Assembly: GCA_902765975.1 (NCBI GenBank)
Contig: CACXBO010000147.1
Span: 1 to 30,702, forward strand
Length of the DNA: 30,702 nt
Direction: 5' to 3'
Source of the DNA: Oscillospiraceae bacterium
GTDB taxonomy: Bacteria; Bacillota; Clostridia; Oscillospirales; Oscillospiraceae
Under the pieces are notes generated by a model. That model was given only the letters and a program-made list of their open reading frames with translations, did not search any database and was not told the origin of the DNA. The first letter of the stretch is position 1, and each line of letters begins with the position of its first letter. The translations under genes and the position numbers were made by a program. This document shows positions 16,389 to 25,358 of this stretch, in pieces.

Positions 16389-17740
16389 TTCTTACCTCCC
16401 GCCGCAAGGCGCTTGAGCGCCATGATCTCAGCCTTCTTCTCCTTAAAGGTCTGCGTAAGCGGACGCTTTGCAGGGCAGACGTAGGTGCATGAGCCGCAGG
16501 CTATGCACTCAAGGCCGTATAGCTTTTTCTCGTATCTCTCAAGATCGCCTATATAGACGGCGTCCGCCATAAGCTGAGGCAGAAGTCCCTGCGGGCAGAC
16601 GGTGGTGCAGCGACCGCAGTGCAGGCATGCCGTCTCCTGCTTCTCCGCCTTTTCGCAGGCGTCCTCGGCAAATACCGTCACGCCGTTCGTCGTCTTGACC
16701 GCGGGCACGTCGAGAGAAGCGAAAGCAAAGCCCATCATCGGACCGCCGGCGAGGACTTTCTTCAGAGTTTTCCCGTCATTAACGCCGCCGCAGGCCTCCA
16801 AAAGCTCAGAAATGCTCGTTCCGTTCCTAACAATGAGATTTGCGGGCTCCTTCACCGCGTCGCCGCTTACGGTAAGAACGCATCTGAACAGCGGCTCATT
16901 AAACGCCACTGCGCGCTGAACGGCGTAGATAGTGCCCACGTTGTCGACAATGCAGCCGACGTCGGCCGGAAGAGCGGTTATCGGGAAGTCGACCCCCGCG
17001 ATAACGCTGATCAGGCTTCGTTCGCCGCCCTGAGGATATTTCGTTTTGAGAGGGAGCACTCTTATTCTCTCCTCGCCCTCAGACGCCTTTCTCATCGCCT
17101 CAATAGCCTCTGGCTTGTTCTTCTCAACGGCTATAACTCCCTCTGCGTTCGGGAAAAGGCTGAGTATTATCCTCAGACCCTCGACTATCTCCTCAGGTCT
17201 CTCGCGCATCAGCCTGTCGTTTCCGGTGAGGCAGGGCTCGCACTCCGCTCCGTTTGCGATAACGTACTTGATCTTGTCCGGTTCCTTCGGCGCGAGCTTA
17301 ACATGAGTGGGAAATCCCGCCCCTCCGAGTCCGACTATCCCCGCCGCCTTTACCCTTGCGATTATCTCATCGCGGGAAAAACCGGAGTAGTCCTCCCTCT
17401 TGCCAAAGCTGCCCGTCTCGGTGAACTGTCCGTCGTTTTCAATTACGATGCACTCCTGCATAGTGCCGGCGATCGTTCTTCGCTTTTCTATCGCCTTTAC
17501 CTTGCCGGAGCAGGATGATATGACGTTCGCGGAAATAAAACCGTCAGCCTCCGCGATAAGCTGACCTGTCAGTACCGGGTCGCCCTTTTTGACTATCGGC
17601 TTCGCCGGCTTGCCGATGTGCTGGCTGAGCGGCAGGACTATATCCCCGACCGCTTCGTAAACTCGCAGCGGTCTTTTGCTCTGAGGATCCTTCAGGCCCT
17701 TCGGATGCACGCCGCCGCGGAAACTGTCCTTCACTGGCAT
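16385..17740 (-). CDS. rnfC: Rnf complex subunit C (NADH/FMN-binding, 2x[4Fe-4S])
   Basis: FRGGVHP, PLSQHIGKPA, AGIVGLGGAGFPT, NGAECEP, KYPQGGE, LAGGPMMG, CLHCGRCTTVCP, CIACGSCTYVCP; GGGAGGGG SD supports ATG 17740 rather than the ORF-track start 17971. Confidence 0.96.
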   Translation of the reverse strand: MPVKDSFRGGVHPKGLKDPQSKRPLRVYEAVGDIVLPLSQHIGKPAKPIVKKGDPVLTGQLIAEADGFISANVISSCSGKVKAIEKRRTIAGTMQECIVIENDGQFTETGSFGKREDYSGFSRDEIIARVKAAGIVGLGGAGFPTHVKLAPKEPDKIKYVIANGAECEPCLTGNDRLMRERPEEIVEGLRIILSLFPNAEGVIAVEKNKPEAIEAMRKASEGEERIRVLPLKTKYPQGGERSLISVIAGVDFPITALPADVGCIVDNVGTIYAVQRAVAFNEPLFRCVLTVSGDAVKEPANLIVRNGTSISELLEACGGVNDGKTLKKVLAGGPMMGFAFASLDVPAVKTTNGVTVFAEDACEKAEKQETACLHCGRCTTVCPQGLLPQLMADAVYIGDLERYEKKLYGLECIACGSCTYVCPAKRPLTQTFKEKKAEIMALKRLAAGGKK

Positions 17741-17798
17741 TTCCCCCTCCCTGGTTATGTAAAGACCGTATATTATTAAGCATACCTTCACATCTCGT

Positions 17799-17827
17799 AT
17801 TTTATCAGAAACCCGGCTCCATGTAAA
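17799..17827 (-). promoter_or_regulatory. Sigma-A promoter of the rnf-nrf-ccs unit
   Basis: Minus strand TTTACA (17827-17822)-17 nt-TAAAAT (17804-17799) with a TG extension. Confidence 0.65.
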
Positions 17828-17850
17828 CAGCCATTTTTTGCATAAAGCGA

Positions 17851-17887
17851 CAAAAAACCGCTCCCGATAATGATATTCGGGAGCGGT
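17851..17887 (-). terminator. Intrinsic terminator of rny
   Basis: 11-bp stem ACCGCTCCCGA/TCGGGAGCGGT followed by a T-tract on the minus strand; separates rny from rnfC. Confidence 0.85.
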
Positions 17888-17903
17888 ATGAATTATTATT
17901 CGA

Positions 17904-19451
17904 TTATTTTGCGTATTCAACCGCCTTTGTCTCGCGGAAGAGATTGACCTTGATCTGACCTGGATACTCAAGCTCCGCCTCGATCTTGTTTGCGATCTGA
18001 CGGGCGAGTATGACCATCTCGTCCTCGCTGACCTCCTCGGGCTTGACCATTATGCGGACCTCTCTGCCCGCCTGTATAGCGTAGCAGCTGTCAACTCCGG
18101 CAAAGCTCTTGGTGACCTCTTCGAGCTTCTCAAGGCGCTTGATATAATTCTCGATATTCTCGCGTCTTGCTCCGGGACGGGCCGCGGAAATCGTGTCCGC
18201 AGCCTGGACTATAACTGCGATTATGCTGTGAGGCTCAACGTCGCCGTGGTGCGACTCAATAGCATGTACGACCTCTTCGGATTCCTTGTATCTCCTCGCA
18301 AGCTCCACTCCGAGCTGGACGTGGCTGCCTTCCATTTCATGATCCACCGCCTTGCCGAGATCGTGGAGAAGTCCTGCGCGCTTTGCAAGCTGAACGTCTA
18401 CCCCGAGCTCGCTCGCAATCAGGCCGGCGATGAACGCGACCTCCTTCGAGTGGTTCAAAACGTTCTGACCGTAGCTCGTGCGGTACTTCATTCTGCCGAT
18501 AAGCTTTACAATCTCCGGATGGAGTCCGCGGACTCCTGTCTCGAATACGGCTCTCTCACCTTCCGCCTTTATAGTCGCGTCGACCTCGCTCTGGGCCTTG
18601 CGGACCATATCCTCGATCCTCGCCGGATGAATACGCCCGTCGATTATGAGCTTTTCAAGGGCGAGCCTTGCGACCTCGCGCCTTACCGGGTCGAAGCAGG
18701 AGACCGTTATCGCCTCCGGCGTGTCGTCGATTATCAGATCGACGCCGGTCATCTGCTCGATTGAGCGGATGTTCCTGCCCTCGCGGCCGATTATGCGGCC
18801 CTTCATCTCATCGTTCGGGAGGGCGACGACGGATACCGTCGCCTCCGCAACGAGGTCTGCCGAGCAGCGCTGGATCGCAAGAGTTACGATCTCCTTCGCC
18901 TTCTCATCGGCTTCGTCTCTGAGGCGCGCCTCTATCTCCTTGATCTTGACGGCCGCCTCGTGAGTGCACTCGGCCTCCACATTGGCGATCAGGTATGCCT
19001 TCGCCTCCTCTACCGTATAGCCCGAGATGCGCTCGAGCACCTCCATCTGGCTCTTTTTGAGAAGACTTACCTCCTCCTTCTGCGTTTCGATGTCCTGAAG
19101 CTTCTTCGCTATCTGGTCGTTCTTCTTTTCAAGGGCGTCGGTCTTCTTGTCGAGGTTCTCTTCCTTCTGCTGAAGGCGGCGCTCCTGCTTGGAGAGCTCG
19201 GCTCTCCTTTCCTTTACCTCTCGCTCGTATTCGGAGCGATTCTTGTGTATTTCCTCTTTTGCCTCCAACAACGCCTCGCGCTTTTTCGATTCAGCGGATT
19301 TCAGAGCGTCGTTCATTATTCTTTTGGCTTCCTCCTCGGCTGAACCGATCTCACGCTCGGCGACCTTCTTGCGGTAACCGATTCCGAGGAAAAACGTCAG
19401 GGCGGCAAGAACAGCGCCGATCCCAAGTCCAATAAACATCCATGGCCACAT
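17904..19451 (-). CDS. rny: Ribonuclease Y
   Basis: N-terminal TM, long coiled coil, KH domain ([15 protein letters not shown]), HD domain (LLHDLGK), C-terminal [10 protein letters not shown]; GGAGGTG SD favours ATG 19451 over GTG 19463. Confidence 0.97.
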   Translation of the reverse strand: MWPWMFIGLGIGAVLAALTFFLGIGYRKKVAEREIGSAEEEAKRIMNDALKSAESKKREALLEAKEEIHKNRSEYEREVKERRAELSKQERRLQQKEENLDKKTDALEKKNDQIAKKLQDIETQKEEVSLLKKSQMEVLERISGYTVEEAKAYLIANVEAECTHEAAVKIKEIEARLRDEADEKAKEIVTLAIQRCSADLVAEATVSVVALPNDEMKGRIIGREGRNIRSIEQMTGVDLIIDDTPEAITVSCFDPVRREVARLALEKLIIDGRIHPARIEDMVRKAQSEVDATIKAEGERAVFETGVRGLHPEIVKLIGRMKYRTSYGQNVLNHSKEVAFIAGLIASELGVDVQLAKRAGLLHDLGKAVDHEMEGSHVQLGVELARRYKESEEVVHAIESHHGDVEPHSIIAVIVQAADTISAARPGARRENIENYIKRLEKLEEVTKSFAGVDSCYAIQAGREVRIMVKPEEVSEDEMVILARQIANKIEAELEYPGQIKVNLFRETKAVEYAK

Positions 19452-19546
19452 CTGAGTATACACACCTCCATTTCCGTTGTATTAAAGTATCAAAAAGGGA
19501 CTACCGGTGGTGCAGAGCATAAATCCCCATAAATACCATATTAGTA

Positions 19547-19575
19547 ATTTTACCTCTTAATGTAAAGGTTGTCAA
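19547..19575 (-). promoter_or_regulatory. Sigma-A promoter of rny
   Basis: Minus strand TTGACA (19575-19570)-17 nt-TAAAAT (19552-19547); the -35 box contains the TGA stop of the upstream symporter gene. Confidence 0.75.
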
Positions 19576-20819
19576 GGTGTTTCTTGACCGCGCAGGCGGT
19601 ATGCGTGAAGCTCGGCGCATATCGAGGGCGCAAGCAGAATAAGAGCGGCAATATTCGGAAGCGCCATCAGAGCGCACATGAGGTCCGACACCGCCACAGC
19701 GGACTCAAGGCTCAAAAAAGCGGACAGTCCGGCTGCTGCGACGAATGCTATCCTGTACAGTTTGATCCGCCTCGAACCGAAAAGGTACTCAAACGCCTTC
19801 TCGCCATAAAACGACCAGCTCAGCACGCTTGAAAAGGCAAAGAGCGTAAGTGACACCGCAGTGAAAATCCGGGCCGATCCTCCGAAGACTGACGAGAGAG
19901 CGCGTGACGGCCACAGCGCCGGATTTTCGGCAGTGCCGCAGGATAAGAGCATCAGTCCGGTAAAGGTCGATATTACGAGGGTGTCGACTGCCGTCTCCAC
20001 GACGCCGAGAGCTCCCTCCTGCCTCGGAGAGGCTCCTCTGTTCTCCGCGTGAGCTATAGGCGAGGAGCCGACTCCCGCCTCATTCGAAGCTATACCCCTG
20101 CGAAAGCCCCAGGCAATCGCCTCCGGTCTGAGCGAGCCCTTCAGTATATCGGCGAAAGCCGCGGGCAGAGCAGCGCTGTTTTTTGCTATCACGGCAGCGC
20201 AGCCGAACAGATAAAAAGCAGCCATAAAGGGCACGAGATAATTCAGCGTTTTTCCCCTTGTTTCGGTCTTCATAGAGATGATCAGAAAAACTGCGACGGC
20301 AAGGCCGCATATGGCGCGGATACCCGCAGAGTCTCCGAAAAGATCTGCCGCCGTTTCTGCTATTGCTCCGACCTGCGCCGCGTTTCCGACCGCGAGGGAT
20401 GCGACTGCGGCAGCTGCGGCGAAAACTCCCGCGAGGTGCGAAAACCCGCTTCCCAGTCCTCTGCTAATATAGAACATCGGACCGCCCCGGTATTTTGAGG
20501 CGAGATACGCCTCGGAATATTTTACCGCCATGCCCGTGACGGCAGATACCCACATCCAAAGAAGCGCACCAGGCCCTCCGAAGTACAGAGCGACAGCGAC
20601 GCCGACTATATTTCCTGTTCCAACAGTGCCCGCAAGAGCGGTGCATAAGGCGGAAAACCCGTTTTTATCCAGTCTTCTCAGCCCGTTTTTTTTAATAACA
20701 GACGGTCTCAGTTCACTAAACGTCCCGCCTCTTATACCGAGCCAAAGGCCGGTAAAGGCGATAAGAAGCGGCATGGGAAAACTCCAGAGCATGCCGGACA
20801 GAGCGGATATAGCGCGCAA
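19572..20819 (-). CDS. Alanine/glycine:cation symporter (AGCS/AlsT family)
   Basis: ALAGTVGTGNIVGVA, GGPGALLWMW, GGPMFYI, GFRRGIASNEAGVGSSPIAHA, DTLVIST, FSSVLSWSFYGE. Start uncertain: TTG 20819 has a GGGGTGA SD; the ORF track gives 20837. Confidence 0.9.
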   Translation of the reverse strand: MRAISALSGMLWSFPMPLLIAFTGLWLGIRGGTFSELRPSVIKKNGLRRLDKNGFSALCTALAGTVGTGNIVGVAVALYFGGPGALLWMWVSAVTGMAVKYSEAYLASKYRGGPMFYISRGLGSGFSHLAGVFAAAAAVASLAVGNAAQVGAIAETAADLFGDSAGIRAICGLAVAVFLIISMKTETRGKTLNYLVPFMAAFYLFGCAAVIAKNSAALPAAFADILKGSLRPEAIAWGFRRGIASNEAGVGSSPIAHAENRGASPRQEGALGVVETAVDTLVISTFTGLMLLSCGTAENPALWPSRALSSVFGGSARIFTAVSLTLFAFSSVLSWSFYGEKAFEYLFGSRRIKLYRIAFVAAAGLSAFLSLESAVAVSDLMCALMALPNIAALILLAPSICAELHAYRLRGQETP

Positions 20820-20827
20820 AAAGATCA

Positions 20828-20853
20828 CCCCGTACAAGCTTATGTGTACGGGG
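20828..20853 (-). other. Stem-loop between the ABC ATPase and the symporter, overlapping the symporter RBS
   Basis: 9-bp perfect stem CCCCGTACA/TGTACGGGG with an 8-nt loop. Confidence 0.55.
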
Positions 20854-20863
20854 CGCCGGTTTA

Positions 20864-21982
20864 TTATTCATTTACGTAGCTTCCGTAGAGAAGATTTTCC
20901 TCTGTCTCCGGGTCGAAGACGTGTATTCTCTGAGGCTCCGGACTGAGGTGGATGGGAGTTCCGACCTGCGGTGCGTGTATATCGTCGTCGGTAAGCTGTA
21001 TGACGGCAGTTACGTCTGCGCCTCCGACGTTTGCGTGGAGGTTGAGCGTGCCTCCATTCAGCTCGGAGACGTCGGCTGAGGCGGGTATGCCGTTTTCGGA
21101 CAAGTGCAGATGTTCAGGTCTTATGCCTATCTTTACCTTGCCGCCCTTGACCTGTCTGCCCTTCAGCAGGGTTTGATGCGTTTCGGTGAGCTCAAGCTCT
21201 GCGCCCGCCGTGAAGAGACGGTAGCCGTTCTCGCTCTCCATAAGCTCGCCGTCTATGAAGTTCATCTGAGGCATTCCGATAAAGCCGGCGACGAACATAT
21301 TCGACGGCTTGCCCCAGAGCTCCTTCGGCGTTCCGACCTGCTGGATAACGCCCCTGTTCATTATTACTATCCGGTCTCCGAGGGTCATAGCCTCGGTCTG
21401 ATCGTGAGTTACGTAGATAAAAGTCGTGTTCAGCTTGCGGCGCAGCTTGATAAGCTCCGTGCGCATCTGGTTTCTGAGCTTCGCGTCGAGGTTTGAGAGA
21501 GGCTCGTCCATAAGGAACACCTTCGGCTCTCTGACTATCGATCTGCCTATTGCGACGCGCTGACGCTGTCCTCCTGAGAGAGCCTTGGGCTTGCGCTTCA
21601 GAAGGTCGCTTATCTCAAGAATTGCCGCAGCCTCCTCAACTCTCTTCTTTATTTCGCTCATAGGCATCTTGCGCATTTTGAGCGGAAATGCGATATTATC
21701 GAAAACCGTCATATGCGGGTATAGCGCGTAGTTCTGGAAGACCATGGAAATGTCCCTGTTTTTCGGCAGGACGTGGTTCATAAGCTGACCGTCTATATAC
21801 AGCTCGCCGCCGGATATCGCCTCAAGTCCCGCTACCATTCGCAGCGTCGTGCTCTTTCCGCAGCCTGAGGGTCCGACGAAGACCACGAATTCCTTATCCT
21901 TTATATGGAGATTAAAGTCCTTGACGGCCTCAAATCCGCTTTCGTATATTTTCCAAACGTGCTTCAATTCAACTTCTGCCAA
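20864..21982 (-). CDS. MalK/MsmX/UgpC-family ABC ATPase
   Basis: [46 protein letters not shown] and a C-terminal OB/TOBE region; TTG start 1 nt after the upstream stop, with a GGAAGG SD. Confidence 0.95.
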   Translation of the reverse strand: MAEVELKHVWKIYESGFEAVKDFNLHIKDKEFVVFVGPSGCGKSTTLRMVAGLEAISGGELYIDGQLMNHVLPKNRDISMVFQNYALYPHMTVFDNIAFPLKMRKMPMSEIKKRVEEAAAILEISDLLKRKPKALSGGQRQRVAIGRSIVREPKVFLMDEPLSNLDAKLRNQMRTELIKLRRKLNTTFIYVTHDQTEAMTLGDRIVIMNRGVIQQVGTPKELWGKPSNMFVAGFIGMPQMNFIDGELMESENGYRLFTAGAELELTETHQTLLKGRQVKGGKVKIGIRPEHLHLSENGIPASADVSELNGGTLNLHANVGGADVTAVIQLTDDDIHAPQVGTPIHLSPEPQRIHVFDPETEENLLYGSYVNE

Positions 21983-21983
21983 T

Positions 21984-23054
21984 TTACCTTCCCGCCTTTC
22001 TTTCATACCTTCTCTCGAGAGCGCGCTCCCTGTATTCAGGTATCTTCTCTTTCAGCGTTTTGAGCCCCTTTGAAATAAGCTTTACCGCCGTTATCACAAC
22101 GCAAGCAATGGGGAAAAACGATACAAGCAGCAAAAATGAGATAAGAACGAAAAGCTTATCCTCAACGTATCTTGCCGCGTTTTCCCAATACGGAAAGGCG
22201 ACCGCCTCTTTTATCATAGATCTCGTTCCGCTGTTTTTAGCCAGCTTAAGAATATTCCCCGGCGCAAAACGGTCAGTATTGTTAACAACGACTGCAGACG
22301 GGAAATTATTCTCAACGACGTTCTTCAAGAAGCCTTTAATCGGGTCTGCTCCGACCACCTCATATTCCGTTATCCATCCGCTCTGTGAAAAGTCCGACTC
22401 TTCGCCGCCGCCGAGCATTTCGCTGAGCGCGGAGTAGTGCATGAATATTCCGGGCTCGCCGCTGTACGCCGCCAATGATGCTTCGTCCTTCTCACGCTCG
22501 ACGACTCCGGCGATCGTAAACCGCTTTTCTCCTATCTCCATCGTCATTCCGGTTAGTTCATAGCCGCCGAAGAGCCTCCAAGCCGCCGCCTCGTCGAGAA
22601 TGACAACGTCCTTCATCAGGTCCGTCCCGTTCAGATAGCTTCCCGAGCGCAGCTTCAGCGGATGGAAGAAAAACCAGTCTCCTCCAATGCCGACAGCTTC
22701 AAGATTTGCCGTGCCTCGCAGTCCTTTTGCGTCTACCGTGGACGTCATGCTGTAAGCGTCCTTATAAAGGCTTCCGTTTTTCGGAGTCTCCAGGGATGCG
22801 TTAACGTACTCCGTATCGAGCGCCGCTCTGAAGGAGTAGATATCGTCCTCAGACCCCGTAACGCCCGCCTTGTAGAAGGCGGTGACCTGACCGAACGCGA
22901 GTTTGCTCGTCCCCCTGAACTTCTCCGCAGCGCCTTGAGTTTTTACCATGTCCGAAAGGCCGGAGTATATAACTGCGTCAACTGCAATCAGAATAAGTGA
23001 AAGAACGAAAGCGATAAGCAGTATGAGAACCTTTCTGTTCTTCAAAAGCTTCAT
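21984..23054 (-). CDS. MacB-periplasmic-core-like membrane protein with only two predicted TM helices
   Basis: N-terminal TM; [22 protein letters not shown]...[14 protein letters not shown] and FTIAGVV resemble MacB_PCD; one C-terminal TM and a basic tail. Confidence 0.7.
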   Translation of the reverse strand: MKLLKNRKVLILLIAFVLSLILIAVDAVIYSGLSDMVKTQGAAEKFRGTSKLAFGQVTAFYKAGVTGSEDDIYSFRAALDTEYVNASLETPKNGSLYKDAYSMTSTVDAKGLRGTANLEAVGIGGDWFFFHPLKLRSGSYLNGTDLMKDVVILDEAAAWRLFGGYELTGMTMEIGEKRFTIAGVVEREKDEASLAAYSGEPGIFMHYSALSEMLGGGEESDFSQSGWITEYEVVGADPIKGFLKNVVENNFPSAVVVNNTDRFAPGNILKLAKNSGTRSMIKEAVAFPYWENAARYVEDKLFVLISFLLLVSFFPIACVVITAVKLISKGLKTLKEKIPEYRERALERRYERKAGR

Positions 23055-25327
23055 GTCTCGTCCGCCAATCTGACCTGCATGCCGGAGCTTATCGGCGCAG
23101 AGGTCGTGGTTATAAGGCAGTCGTTATACGAGAGGTCGCTCGTAACGGCTACCATCGTATCATCCTCCGCGACCTTGGTAATGGCGACACGCTCTGCTAT
23201 GTATCTCGTTGAAAGCGGGGTCTGCTTTGTGATAATTCTGAGAACGAAATCACCGTTCGTATCTGAGCGAAGCGCGCTCTTCGGGATTATCGTATCGTAG
23301 TTGCGGCTGCGCTCTCCTATCGCTATGTTTATATTCGCTCCGCTCTCCACATCGGAACCGGTCACCTCGAAAACAAGGATTCTCTTATCTCTCGGGCTCT
23401 GCGGGTCGGCGCGCATGGAAACGAGCTTAGCCTGGATATCGCTTCCGCCCCACCATCCCATGGAAACCTTTGCATTATCGCCTACTGTAACTCTATCGGC
23501 CTGCTCGGTCGTTACGGACATCTCTGCTGAGTAGCCTCTGTCCGGCACCTCTATCGTAGCGATAATCTCGCCCTTCTGCGGTGTAGTCCCCGCGGACGCG
23601 CTGACGGTTTTTACTACGCCGTTGACGTCCGACCTGACCTCAAGGCCGTTCTCCTCAGCTCCTATCGCGAGAGCGTCGAGCTTCTCCTGAGCGTCCGCCA
23701 CCTTGCCCTCCTGCTTCTCAACGGCACGCTCCGCCTTGTCAATGCCGCTGCGCATCGCCTGCAGGTCGAGATCCTTCAGCTTCTTCGAGAGCTGGTCTGA
23801 TTTCTTCTGCTCCGAGAGCTGGAACAAGGCGTCCTCAAGCTGTGTCTGGAGGTTCTCGATTTCACCCGTCAAGGTGTCGTACTTTGTCTGAACTCCGTCG
23901 GCAGCCGTCTTAGCGGCGTCGTATGCGGTCTGCGCCTTCTCCTTCTTCGAGCTTGCAGCCGCGAGAGTGCCGTTCTGGATATAATCGACGTCCTCCTGCG
24001 CGTGCTCGACCGCCTTATCTTTGGCGTTCTTTTCCTTCTGCGCTTCCTTATACGCCGTTTCAAGCGGCTCGAGGGCCTTCTTTGCCTCGTTAAGCTCACG
24101 GCTGAGCCTTGAGTACTCCGAGCTGTCGGCATTTGATTTTGCGTAGACGTCGTATGCGTCGTCGTAGGTTACGTAAGCGCTCTGCTCCCTCAGCTCCGCC
24201 TGCTTGACCTCGTTTTCAGCGTCTAAAATAGCCTGCTCTGCGGCAAGGATAGCCTTATATGCGTCGTAAGCCTCGGTATCGGTATCCTTCAGCTTCTCCG
24301 CGGCGGCCGGGATATAGGTCGGGTACTTCATGTTGAAATATGAGGTTTTATGCTCCGGAGCGGGGAAATCGGTGTCGAACGAGCCTGCGCCCTTCTCCGC
24401 CTCGTAATCGGCTATTATCATCTCCTCAGCCTTTGCGGTAACTCTCGCGTTGCCTGCGTCGTAGAGGATATGCGCGGTCTCAAGGGCAGTCTTCGCGGCT
24501 TCAACACCGTCCTTTGCCTTCTGCGTCTCAGCCTTTGCTGCGTCATAGGCGTCCCTTGCCGCCTGAACGGAGGCATAGCTGGCGTCGCCGCTCGATATCT
24601 TAGCTCTCTCAGCCTCGATCGCTTCAACCTTTGACTTCGCCTCGTTATAAGGCTCTTCGGCTGTATCGAATCTCTCCTTTGCCTTCTTTGCCTCGTTCTT
24701 TGCCTTCAAGAGCGCGTCCTGAGCCTCGTCGTATTTCTTCTGCTCAGCCTCGTAAGCCTTTTCAGCCTCCTCCAGAGCGTCTCTCGCCGTCTTAAGCGCG
24801 GTATCTGAGAAGTCGAGTTCGTCGCGCTCCTTTGTTTTCTCGCTTATTTCTTCCCTCAGCTTCTGGATATTTCGGTTTTCCTTGGTGTAGTCTGCAGCTG
24901 AGGCAGCCTCGAGAAGAGAACGCTGGTAGCTTCTCCTCGAATTCTCAAGCGAATCCTTGAGATTCTGAAGCTCGGTTTCCGCGGCCTCAAGCTCCTGCTT
25001 TGCCGTCTCTATCTCCTGTGAGTCGCCTGCGGCGAGAAGGAAGAGCAAATCGCCCGTCTCGACCTGCTGGCCGACCTTGGCATAGACCGTTCTGACCTTT
25101 CTCGTGTCCTGCATGACGACCTCAAAGCTCTCAGTCGCCTTTATCGTAGCCTGACCTCTTATCTGCGCGCTTATCGTGCCGGAATCGACATACTGCACAG
25201 CAACCTCAGGGAGATTCGCGTTCATAATCGTATTTGAGAAGAATGTAAGCACCAGCATTATCGATAGGAAAATGATAACAGCCGTCTGTACCCATCCTCT
25301 TTTCTTCGTCTTGTTTTCTTCATTCAT
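23051..25327 (-). CDS. HlyD/MFP-type periplasmic adaptor with a very long coiled-coil hairpin
   Basis: N-terminal TM; split lipoyl half-motifs VYAKVGQQVETGDLLF and EVRSDVNGVVKTV...GEIIATI flanking ~450 aa of Ala/Glu/Lys-rich heptads; C-terminal beta-barrel and membrane-proximal motifs (TIIPKSALR). Confidence 0.85.
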   Translation of the reverse strand: MNEENKTKKRGWVQTAVIIFLSIMLVLTFFSNTIMNANLPEVAVQYVDSGTISAQIRGQATIKATESFEVVMQDTRKVRTVYAKVGQQVETGDLLFLLAAGDSQEIETAKQELEAAETELQNLKDSLENSRRSYQRSLLEAASAADYTKENRNIQKLREEISEKTKERDELDFSDTALKTARDALEEAEKAYEAEQKKYDEAQDALLKAKNEAKKAKERFDTAEEPYNEAKSKVEAIEAERAKISSGDASYASVQAARDAYDAAKAETQKAKDGVEAAKTALETAHILYDAGNARVTAKAEEMIIADYEAEKGAGSFDTDFPAPEHKTSYFNMKYPTYIPAAAEKLKDTDTEAYDAYKAILAAEQAILDAENEVKQAELREQSAYVTYDDAYDVYAKSNADSSEYSRLSRELNEAKKALEPLETAYKEAQKEKNAKDKAVEHAQEDVDYIQNGTLAAASSKKEKAQTAYDAAKTAADGVQTKYDTLTGEIENLQTQLEDALFQLSEQKKSDQLSKKLKDLDLQAMRSGIDKAERAVEKQEGKVADAQEKLDALAIGAEENGLEVRSDVNGVVKTVSASAGTTPQKGEIIATIEVPDRGYSAEMSVTTEQADRVTVGDNAKVSMGWWGGSDIQAKLVSMRADPQSPRDKRILVFEVTGSDVESGANINIAIGERSRNYDTIIPKSALRSDTNGDFVLRIITKQTPLSTRYIAERVAITKVAEDDTMVAVTSDLSYNDCLITTTSAPISSGMQVRLADET

Positions 25328-25358
25328 TGAGACGTCTTCCTTTCCTTTTCTTTTACGG

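Noticed and set aside
16619-17518. 299-aa plus-strand ORF antisense to rnfC
   Set aside because: Shadow ORF with no independent evidence.
17776-17793. Possible Rex operator downstream of the rnf promoter (minus strand ATGTGAA-GGTA-TGCTTAA)
   Set aside because: The left half fits TTGTGAA at 6/7 but the right half fits TTCACAA at only 4/7; too weak to call.
17741-17971. 77-codon N-terminal extension of RnfC in the ORF track
   Set aside because: Runs through the rny stop, terminator and promoter; a strong SD sits just before ATG 17740.
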